Positions 18,894-26,127 of a DNA stretch of 26,127 nucleotides are shown here, one piece after another. The notes under the pieces were generated by a model. That model did no database searches and was not told the origin of the DNA. It was given only the letters and a program-made list of their open reading frames with translations. The stretch spans positions 1-26,127 of IMG/VR virus record IMGVR_UViG_3300006793_000239. One strand, written 5' to 3'. The position numbers and the translations under genes are program-made. The stretch comes from a virus. Taxonomy: Duplodnaviria > Caudoviricetes. Each line of letters begins with the position of its first letter. The first letter of the stretch is position 1.

Positions 18894-19786
18894 CAGGCTT
18901 AGCAATATCTGTAGGAACTACAGCAATGAGCTTTATAGGCGCAGGTAAACAAAGAAGAGCACAGCAAGACGCTGATAGAAAAGCAGCAATGGCAATGGCT
19001 GAGGTAGAGAAAGAGCTTACAAAAAACGAATATAAAGCCTTGTCTTTAAACCAAGAACCATACGAGCAAATGCAAGACACTTTGGGTACTCAGATAAAAA
19101 CAGAAATGGAAGCCATTAGAGAGGGTGACCAACGTGGTGTTTTAGGAGGCTCTCAAAGAGTTCAGGAAGGAACAGTTCAGGCCGCTGCCAACATAAGAGC
19201 TACACAAGGAAAAGAATTAGACGAGCTAGATAAGCTTGTTGCTGATGAAGAAACTCGTAAGAGTGATATTAAAATGCAGCTAAAACTAGGTGATATAGCT
19301 GGTGCGCAGAAGGCTTCAGCTGAAGCAGGGCAAGCGGCAGACCAATTAAAAATGCAAGGTTTTCAAGGTGTTGGTAATGTTTTACAGCAAGGACTTGCTA
19401 TGGTTCCTACGTATGGAAAGAGTGCAGAGGCTAGAGATGTAGCAGGTATGCAACGAGAGTTTACTAAAGGTCAGAAAGCAGATTACTTAGCAGGGACTGG
19501 AGCGTATGCTGGACAAGGCACTCGAACAGGTAGGGAGTACAGACAGAATTTAAAGCCGATGATGAACCAAAAATTTCAACAGGCTGTAGGAGGCTTAAGT
19601 TATGATGCAAATACGTTTGGTGCTTTAGGAAAAACGTTAGCTGCAGACGCAAGTGGTAACCTGGTTTCTTCACAGATACAAGATTTTAGCCAACTAGGTG
19701 GTTTGCAAAGCGCAGAATTTATGGACCAGCTATTAATGATGACTCCAGAACAAAGATTAATGCTCAAGCAGCAGATGGGCTTTTAA
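18878..19786 (+). CDS. Putative internal virion/ejection protein (302 aa)
   Basis: Small-residue hydrophobic N-terminus (MSGAIAGLAISVGTTAMSFIGA) followed by Ala/Gln-rich coiled coil; first of three size-increasing genes after the tail genes. Confidence 0.6.
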   Translation: MSGAIAGLAISVGTTAMSFIGAGKQRRAQQDADRKAAMAMAEVEKELTKNEYKALSLNQEPYEQMQDTLGTQIKTEMEAIREGDQRGVLGGSQRVQEGTVQAAANIRATQGKELDELDKLVADEETRKSDIKMQLKLGDIAGAQKASAEAGQAADQLKMQGFQGVGNVLQQGLAMVPTYGKSAEARDVAGMQREFTKGQKADYLAGTGAYAGQGTRTGREYRQNLKPMMNQKFQQAVGGLSYDANTFGALGKTLAADASGNLVSSQIQDFSQLGGLQSAEFMDQLLMMTPEQRLMLKQQMGF

Positions 19787-19801
19787 TAAAAAAATAGTTA
19801 A

Positions 19802-21769
19802 ATGACTTACTACGGATACGTACAAAGAGAGAACGCAGCTGGTGTTAACTGGCAGGAGGTAGGCGCAAATTTATCTCAAACATTATTAGATGCTGGTGCT
19901 GCAAGGCAGGCTAAACGAGATGCTTTCGATAAGTCTACCAGAGAATACCAAGAGATTCTTGATAATGCTCCATCTGGAGATTTTAAAACAGCAAATGCAT
20001 TTGCGCTTAACCATGCTGCAGATGCTACACGTATGCGTTTAATTCAAGACAGACTGTTAAAGAGTGGTGTAATGAAAGATAGAGACTACACTGTAGCTCG
20101 TCAGAATTTAACTGACGGAACTAAACAGTTGTTCGGTTTATCTGAAGAATACCAAAAGGAGTACACAGAAAAGATGAAGAGATTTAAGGATGGAGAAAGC
20201 CAGCAATTAGAGGGATGGTTGATGGAGCAGATAGAAGGCCTTTCAAATCTTAAGAACTCTCAGTCTTATATAAACTCCCAAGATGGGAGTGTAAGTATTG
20301 GTAAGCTAGTCGATGGCCCTGGAGGTACAAGAGTCATGAGTAAAAACCCTAATGACTTTATGACAGTAAATCAGCTTCGTAATAGATATAAAGAAAAGTA
20401 CGATAAGTTTGATGTAGGAGGAACTATGACTATGGAGGCCGAGAGGTTAGGTACATTTATAACTAGCGTAAGAGCCGCTGGGGGTTCAAACTATGCAGGT
20501 ACTGTAACTAAATTACTAGACCCAACTATGCGTGGGTCATTAGGACCTGCAGGGATAAAAGCTGTAGATGATTTTAAGTCTATGGAAACGGATATGATTA
20601 ATAGCTATCTAGAGGCCAACCCTTTAAATGCATTGTCCGTTCTTACAGATGGGATGGTAAATCCTGCAAACGGAAAGCCTTTCGAGCCAACCTTTGATGA
20701 GGCTGAGGCTAAAAAAGACCCTAATAAAGTTCTTATTAAAGATGATGGTAGTGGTAGAATAGAGCCAGTCCTTAGTAAGGAACAAAAAAAGTTAGCTTTT
20801 GATAGTGTTCAAACAAACTTTAGAAATAAAATAGATAGAGAAGAAACAATATCTACATATAACGAACCTAAGAAACAACAACCAAGTGCTGCATCGATTA
20901 AGGCTGCCAGCGACAAAAAGAAAGAGAAAGCAGCTATTAGTTCTTGGAACGATTTATTCTACGCAGAAACCCCTGCAGGAAAACAAGCAGCTCTTGAAAA
21001 TTTATTAGGTTCACAAATATCTAAGGACAGTGATTTACGAGACATTGATTTAACTGTTCCTGGAGAGATAGAGTTTATTTACAAAGACAGTGGAGACAAT
21101 AGAGTTATTAAGTATGACCCAGATAATATTACCATTGATGAGTGGGCTAGCCTTGGAAACGAGATACATGGCGTTGATGATGTATCATCAGTATTAGATA
21201 GAAGCGGAGGAAGGCAAACTGACGCAGATGGAAACCCTTTACCTGGAGCGTTTGGTGAAGCTGCTTTAACTGATGTGTTTGCAGCACGTGAAGGTGATGC
21301 TACCAAACAATCTATTCAAGAAGCTTACTCAGATTATCTTGATACAAAGATAGACGGAAGTAGAGATAGTTATACTACAGAGACAGGAATCGTTGATAAC
21401 GCTAATGGAAAAATGGTAAAAGATTTTAAAGCTAGTATACCTGATGGATTTGAATTATCAGAGGTTACAGGGTTTAAGAATTCAACTATAGATAGACTTG
21501 TTCAAATTAAGAAAAAAGGCGGTAAAGCACTTGAGGTTGATATCACTAAGCCAGGGTATGCCAAGGTAATTAAAGACTTTATTTTAAACAACTCAACATC
21601 TGAGGAGGATATTAAGAGAATGTCTCTAACCCCAGGTGTAAAAAGGAAAAGTATAGTCCAAAAAACTAAATCAAGAAGAGATAGAAGAAGTAACACGACT
21701 AAACAGAATAATACAGTAAAAAATCCTGGTGGAGTTGGAGCTGGATATAATCAAGAAAACAAAAATTAA
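19802..21769 (+). CDS. Putative internal virion/ejection protein (655 aa)
   Basis: Long helical ORF between the small and giant internal proteins; function inferred from position. Confidence 0.6.
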   Translation: MTYYGYVQRENAAGVNWQEVGANLSQTLLDAGAARQAKRDAFDKSTREYQEILDNAPSGDFKTANAFALNHAADATRMRLIQDRLLKSGVMKDRDYTVARQNLTDGTKQLFGLSEEYQKEYTEKMKRFKDGESQQLEGWLMEQIEGLSNLKNSQSYINSQDGSVSIGKLVDGPGGTRVMSKNPNDFMTVNQLRNRYKEKYDKFDVGGTMTMEAERLGTFITSVRAAGGSNYAGTVTKLLDPTMRGSLGPAGIKAVDDFKSMETDMINSYLEANPLNALSVLTDGMVNPANGKPFEPTFDEAEAKKDPNKVLIKDDGSGRIEPVLSKEQKKLAFDSVQTNFRNKIDREETISTYNEPKKQQPSAASIKAASDKKKEKAAISSWNDLFYAETPAGKQAALENLLGSQISKDSDLRDIDLTVPGEIEFIYKDSGDNRVIKYDPDNITIDEWASLGNEIHGVDDVSSVLDRSGGRQTDADGNPLPGAFGEAALTDVFAAREGDATKQSIQEAYSDYLDTKIDGSRDSYTTETGIVDNANGKMVKDFKASIPDGFELSEVTGFKNSTIDRLVQIKKKGGKALEVDITKPGYAKVIKDFILNNSTSEEDIKRMSLTPGVKRKSIVQKTKSRRDRRSNTTKQNNTVKNPGGVGAGYNQENKN

Positions 21770-21772
21770 CTA

Positions 21773-24700
21773 ATGAACGAACAAGCACTTATAGATTCTT
21801 TTGAGTTATTTCAGCAAGAAGGGTACAATGGTACTATCGATGATTTTAAAATGCTTATGGCTAACAACGATAACGCATTGAATGATATGTTCGGTTTATT
21901 TGTAGACCAGGGGTATAGAAAATCTAAAGAAGATTATTCTGTTCTCATTGGTGTAAATCCTCCGAAGACAGTAAAAAAAAAAGACATTTCGGAATCCACT
22001 TTGGGCGATGGTTTTTTGGAGCAGTTCAATATTGAGGACTATACAAAAAAAGACAAACCTAATTTTAGAGAAGACCCAAGGGTACAAGTATCAGAATCTA
22101 CAAGGGTATCTGAAAAACAACCTCTAATACAATCTCCAACTTCTCAAGGTGAGACTGACCAAGGCGAGGCTGTGGATGTACAGCAAGTTCTTGCTGATAT
22201 AAATGCAGAGACTAGAACAACTGAGGAGATTCGTCAGCAGGAGATGGACGCTTTTTTAAAACAAGAAAAGCTAGACCAAGAAGCTGCGCTTGAGCAGTCA
22301 AAAATAAACCAATCCTTACTAACGCAAAGCGAAGAGTTTCAAGCCGACTTAGCAGCTATAAACGCTGACCTTATTGGGCAAGAGGAAGACGATGTAATTC
22401 CTTTATTAAAACAAAATTTTCAGAAGTATGGATTTTCCTTTGAAAAAAGCGGCTTAGGAGATGGTGTGCTTGTAACAAACTTTGATGGGACACAAACCAT
22501 AGATATAGACCTCGACCCTTTTACTACAGATACAGAGATATTAGAATCTCAAAAGCTAAAAAACTTTTTATCACAACATGCTCTTGAAGAGTTTGAAACA
22601 AATGAACTTTTAGACTTTGAAGGGCAGTCAGCAAAAGCTCAAGACCTTCGTAAAGTTGGCAGAATAAATCCTGATGGAACTACATCAACTGTGCTTATGA
22701 CATCTTACGAAGCGGATGGCAAGCACTATGCTATTCCAACTTTGTTTCCAAAAAATCCTGAGTTTTACGGAACGAATCCTAATGACTGGATGAAGTTAGA
22801 TTTTGATGAAGCAAAAAAAGTAGCCGAAGAAAGAGGTGAAGTTTTCCAGTTTGACACCGAGGAAGAAGCACAGAGATTTGCTGAGGGAGAATGGAAAGAC
22901 ACGCACTCTACAGATGCTGTAGGAAAAAGTATATATAGCGAGGTAGGATTAAATTTTAAGGCTGAGAAAGCAAGATACGATGAGTATCTAAAGGTGAGAG
23001 ATGAGATTGATTTCATAGAAGATGAAATGGGTATAAGCTTCAGCGGACAAGGCTTAAAAGCAAAAGGTCTTGAGAGAAGACTAGACGAGTTGTCTGAAGA
23101 AGAGCAGAAAAAATTCGGAAGCTTTTATGTAAACGGACAGCTTCGTGATGATTTTAGAGAGGTAATAAAAGAATTGTCTCAAAGAGAGGCTGACTTATAC
23201 AGCGAGGTTAACACAGAAGAGATGATAGCTCTTAGAGAAAAGTATGACCTAACATTACAAAAAAAATATTCAGCTATAGCTAAGGACGCATCACGTGCCA
23301 ACTATGAGGCTGTGGCTTTTGAAGATGCCTTACAAGTACAGTCACTACAAACCTTTGGTGTTAGGCTAGAAGACCTTACAGATATAGAGCCCAAGACAGA
23401 ACAAGAGGCGCAGATATTGGATAATTTTAAAATTCAAAAAGCATCTTTAAATTCAGAAAAGCAACATGCCGCAAATATTTATGAGGCAGCTAAAACTTTT
23501 TATAGCTCCAAGTATGATAAAACTATTATGGATGAGTTTGAGGAAAACTCTTCAGCAGTATATTCTGAATTAACAAAAGGACTGAATGATGGTAATGCTT
23601 CTGAAATAATACTTCAGTTATCTACAGGAATGGCTTTTGATTTTCAATCACTAGACCTTGATAATGAGGAGGATAGAAAGAAAGCTGCTGAAATGATAGT
23701 GGCTCTCAAGACCAAGAATAGAAAATATAAAGATTCAAAAGCACTTTCCAGATGGAACAGAGCTAAAGGTTTTAGAGAGAGTATGGATGCGTTTTTACGT
23801 AACCCAAAAGAAACGGCGCTTGCGTTTGCGGCTAACTCCATAGGAATGATGTTGCCTTATGGAGCTGAAATAGTTACTTCCTCTGTAGGTGTAGGAGCAG
23901 GTATAGGAGCTGGATTCGGAGCAACAGCTGGTGGGGTAGGCGCTGTCCCAGGTGCAATTGCTGGTGCAGGAAAAGGATTTAAAGCTGGATTTGCTTTAAC
24001 AGCCTTAGCTATGGAATATACTAATGAATATTTTGCAGCTATGGAGTCTGAGGGATATGATGTTCTTAATGCTAAGGACGTTGAGTTAGCTATGCAAGAT
24101 GCAGATGTATGGGCATTAGCAAAGGAGCGTGGATTAAAACGAGGTATTCCTATTGCTATGGTCGATTATCTTACAGCAGGATTAGCTGGTCGTGTTTTTC
24201 AAGTAGGAAAGGTTGCAACTAGAACTAAAAAGATTGCATCGCAATTAGCTGAACGTGCTGTCTTTGACCCTTTTGGAGAGATGGCTGGTGAAACAGCAGC
24301 TCAAATTTCAGTTGGTGATGAATTAGATTTCAAAGAGATAGCCGCTGAGGGTATTGGTGGCTTTGGAAACAACGCCAGTATGATGGTGGTAAATAAACTT
24401 ATAGACGCAAGAAATAATTCCAATATAGAACTAGCATCTAAGCTTACAGATATAAACTATCTTGTAAACGAGAAAGAATCAGACACCAGAATATCTGCGT
24501 GGACCAATAACATGGTTGAGCTTGGTAAGATTAATGAAGACCAAGGGCAGCGTATACAAAAAAACTTAGGCCTATCTAAGGATGCAGACAATATGCTAGA
24601 CTTTGGTGCTGGTAAAAATAAACCAAATAATAAGAAGGTTAAGGCTAGGCTAATGGAATTATTAGCAGCCAAAGAAGAATACTCTGCAGACACTAACCGT

Positions 24701-26127
24701 AAAGAAGTGTTTGGTCAGAAGATAAAAGATATCAATGGAGAGATTGCATATCTATTAGAAAATAAAACATTAGCTCCAGATAACCAGAGAGCAAAGATAG
24801 AAGCTATATTCTCACCAGGCGTAGAGGTTGGTGATGTAAGAGCTGAGTTATCTAAGTACGTAATTGATGGAAAGAGTTATAGTAAGCAAGACTTTTTAAA
24901 GAAGCTTGGTAAGATGAGCGCCAGTCAGTTGCTTAAGTTCAATGGTAAGGTTGCTAATGATGAAGAGGTTGCTAACCAATTAAAAAATAAAATAGATGCC
25001 GTTCAAAAGCCAGAAACAGAGAGCGTGGATGCACGCCAACAAGCCGCAATTGGCACAGGAGTGGGAACAGAAGTATCACTCGAAGAAACCCCAAGGGTTG
25101 AGACCACCGAAACGCAGGAAGTAGAAGTACCACAAGTTGTTGAGACCACCGAAACGCAGGAAGTAGAAGTACCACAAGTTGTTGGTACTAATCCTTTATC
25201 CTCTATTGAAGTATCTGAAGATTATAATGATATAGGTGCTCAAAGAAGAGAGAAGATGAAAGCTGTTACACGAGCCATGGAAGATGGTGAGATAACCGAA
25301 CAAGAAGCTCTTGATTTAAGACAAGAAAGTTTTAATAATGTAAAAGAAGCACAAAGACTTTTTCAAATTAGAAAACAACAGACAACTGTAACACCTACTA
25401 CTAAACCAGAGACAGTCGTAGCTGTTGCTCCATTCTTTGACACTACAATTGAGAGTGCTGAACAAGCACAGACGTTAAGAGAAAGCGAGGGCTATCAGCA
25501 ATACAAAAATAACTTAACTGGTATAGGACAACAACTAGGTTTAGAAGTTGAAGTTGAAGAGGGTATCGGTGGGTATAAAAACGATGCAGGTACAGAGATA
25601 GTAGAAATATCTAACAGAGTTGTATTGAAGAATGCAACAATAGAACAAGCGGAAGAGTATGCTGCATTAGCAGCTTCCTTAGCTCCTGAAACACAAGAGA
25701 GTAGCATTGCTGCCACTTATGTTGAAGAGGGAGCAGAAAACCACAATGGAAATGAATACACATTAAGTGTGACAAATACTCAAGGCACAATAGATGCTTT
25801 GAAAAAAGCAGGGATAACTGATTTTACTATTAACGAAGATACAGGGGAAGTAAGTTTTATAAATATATTTGACTTTGATGACCCAACTCTTCAAGATAAA
25901 ATTGGTATCTTTGTAGAGGAATTAGAAGCTAATAATATTACTTATGAAAAACAAAACTACCGAGCAGTCAACTCCGTCTATGTCGACCAGGGAAAAAGGA
26001 AAGAAATTCTTGGACGAGCTGCGAGCAAAAGGTCCGCTGACCGACAGACTGGGTCAAGTCTTTATAACTCGCTCCTCCAAGCAGTAGAGAATGACGCTAA
26101 GTTCCAGGGTATTACTACAGAAGAATA
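21773..26127 (+). CDS. Giant internal virion/ejection-type protein, 3' truncated by the window (>1450 aa)
   Basis: ATG 21773 (MNEQALIDSFELFQQEGY) and the frame is still open at the window end; it is missing from the ORF track, consistent with no stop. Contains a glycine-zipper hydrophobic segment at about 23882-24010. Confidence 0.85.
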   Translation, partial: MNEQALIDSFELFQQEGYNGTIDDFKMLMANNDNALNDMFGLFVDQGYRKSKEDYSVLIGVNPPKTVKKKDISESTLGDGFLEQFNIEDYTKKDKPNFREDPRVQVSESTRVSEKQPLIQSPTSQGETDQGEAVDVQQVLADINAETRTTEEIRQQEMDAFLKQEKLDQEAALEQSKINQSLLTQSEEFQADLAAINADLIGQEEDDVIPLLKQNFQKYGFSFEKSGLGDGVLVTNFDGTQTIDIDLDPFTTDTEILESQKLKNFLSQHALEEFETNELLDFEGQSAKAQDLRKVGRINPDGTTSTVLMTSYEADGKHYAIPTLFPKNPEFYGTNPNDWMKLDFDEAKKVAEERGEVFQFDTEEEAQRFAEGEWKDTHSTDAVGKSIYSEVGLNFKAEKARYDEYLKVRDEIDFIEDEMGISFSGQGLKAKGLERRLDELSEEEQKKFGSFYVNGQLRDDFREVIKELSQREADLYSEVNTEEMIALREKYDLTLQKKYSAIAKDASRANYEAVAFEDALQVQSLQTFGVRLEDLTDIEPKTEQEAQILDNFKIQKASLNSEKQHAANIYEAAKTFYSSKYDKTIMDEFEENSSAVYSELTKGLNDGNASEIILQLSTGMAFDFQSLDLDNEEDRKKAAEMIVALKTKNRKYKDSKALSRWNRAKGFRESMDAFLRNPKETALAFAANSIGMMLPYGAEIVTSSVGVGAGIGAGFGATAGGVGAVPGAIAGAGKGFKAGFALTALAMEYTNEYFAAMESEGYDVLNAKDVELAMQDADVWALAKERGLKRGIPIAMVDYLTAGLAGRVFQVGKVATRTKKIASQLAERAVFDPFGEMAGETAAQISVGDELDFKEIAAEGIGGFGNNASMMVVNKLIDARNNSNIELASKLTDINYLVNEKESDTRISAWTNNMVELGKINEDQGQRIQKNLGLSKDADNMLDFGAGKNKPNNKKVKARLMELLAAKEEYSADTNRKEVFGQKIKDINGEIAYLLENKTLAPDNQRAKIEAIFSPGVEVGDVRAELSKYVIDGKSYSKQDFLKKLGKMSASQLLKFNGKVANDEEVANQLKNKIDAVQKPETESVDARQQAAIGTGVGTEVSLEETPRVETTETQEVEVPQVVETTETQEVEVPQVVGTNPLSSIEVSEDYNDIGAQRREKMKAVTRAMEDGEITEQEALDLRQESFNNVKEAQRLFQIRKQQTTVTPTTKPETVVAVAPFFDTTIESAEQAQTLRESEGYQQYKNNLTGIGQQLGLEVEVEEGIGGYKNDAGTEIVEISNRVVLKNATIEQAEEYAALAASLAPETQESSIAATYVEEGAENHNGNEYTLSVTNTQGTIDALKKAGITDFTINEDTGEVSFINIFDFDDPTLQDKIGIFVEELEANNITYEKQNYRAVNSVYVDQGKRKEILGRAASKRSADRQTGSSLYNSLLQAVENDAKFQGITTEE
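21973..21982 (+). other. A10 run (GTA AAA AAA AAA GAC), candidate slippage/-1 frameshift site
   Basis: Ten consecutive A containing an in-frame A_AAA_AAA heptamer; the -1 frame continues RHFGIHFGRWFFGAVQY to TGA at 22033-22035. Confidence 0.4.
24996..25124 (+). CDS. Nested +1-frame small basic protein (42 aa) MPFKSQKQRAWMHANKPQLAQEWEQKYHSKKPQGLRPPKRRK
   Basis: A-rich leader AATTAAAAAATAAAATAG before the ATG; about 53% GC by hand count in an AT-rich window; resembles a small phage protein family recalled as MPFKSxxQRxWMxANxPxxAxxW. Confidence 0.72.
   Translation: MPFKSQKQRAWMHANKPQLAQEWEQKYHSKKPQGLRPPKRRK
25097..25180 (+). repeat. Perfect 42-bp tandem duplication (2 copies) encoding VETTETQEVEVPQV
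   Basis: GTTGAGACCACCGAAACGCAGGAAGTAGAAGTACCACAAGTT at 25097-25138 and 25139-25180. Confidence 0.95.
25944..26087 (+). CDS. Second nested +1-frame small basic ORF (47 aa) MKNKTTEQSTPSMSTREKGKKFLDELRAKGPLTDRLGQVFITRSSKQ
   Basis: A/T-rich leader TAATAATATTACTT before the ATG; about 48% GC by hand count; unusual main-frame codons (CGA, GTC, TCC, TCG, CTC); TATCTTTG box at 25906-25913. Confidence 0.5.
   Translation: MKNKTTEQSTPSMSTREKGKKFLDELRAKGPLTDRLGQVFITRSSKQ

Larger units (their letters stand above)
1..26127 (+). mobile_element. Tailed dsDNA phage genome segment (head, tail and ejection module), podovirus-like, probable Bacteroidota host
   Basis: Terminase-portal-scaffold-capsid-tail-internal protein order; tightly packed co-oriented genes; TAnnTTTG boxes in intergenic gaps; A-rich starts without Shine-Dalgarno; no host housekeeping genes. 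Confidence 0.93.

Noticed and set aside
22176-22260. Short +1-frame ORFs near the start of the giant gene (MYSKFLLI, MQRLEQLRRFVSRRWTLF)
   Set aside because: Too short and without a convincing leader; expected by chance
25097-25184. 42-bp repeat considered as a CRISPR or attachment-type repeat
   Set aside because: Copies are adjacent with no spacer, and the length is a multiple of three inside coding sequence
864-25716. Numerous 60-127 aa minus-strand ORFs
   Set aside because: All are antisense shadows of long + strand genes, with Ser/Phe/Leu-rich composition and no independent signals
1-26127. tRNA, rRNA, integrase, intron/intein, reverse transcriptase or defence genes
   Set aside because: None recognised; intergenic gaps are too short and the terminase has no intein-sized insertion

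Overview
This AT-rich window is the virion morphogenesis module of a tailed dsDNA phage, with all genes on the + strand. The gene order resembles crAss-like and Cellulophaga-type podoviruses: small ORF, tandem GroES-like protein, putative small terminase, large terminase, portal, acidic scaffold-like protein, major capsid protein, a conserved hypothetical, two ring/tail-tube-like proteins, a tail stabilisation (nozzle) locus apparently split over three ORFs, a cupin-like protein, two internal virion proteins, and a giant internal/ejection-type protein (>1450 aa) that runs off the right edge. TAnnTTTG promoter boxes and A-rich starts without a Shine-Dalgarno point to a Bacteroidota (probably flavobacterial) host. 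The most striking signal is hidden coding inside the giant gene. It holds two small +1-frame ORFs with their own A-rich starts and GC spikes, and one (MPFKSQKQRAWMHANKP...) resembles a small phage protein family I recall as standalone. It also has an A10 slippage site that would give an 87-aa short product. Other points of interest are a promoter-to-terminator ~80-nt sRNA candidate (9242-9321) and an in-frame TAA in an apparently essential structural gene (10460). Family assignments are from motif recognition and synteny only; no searches were run.
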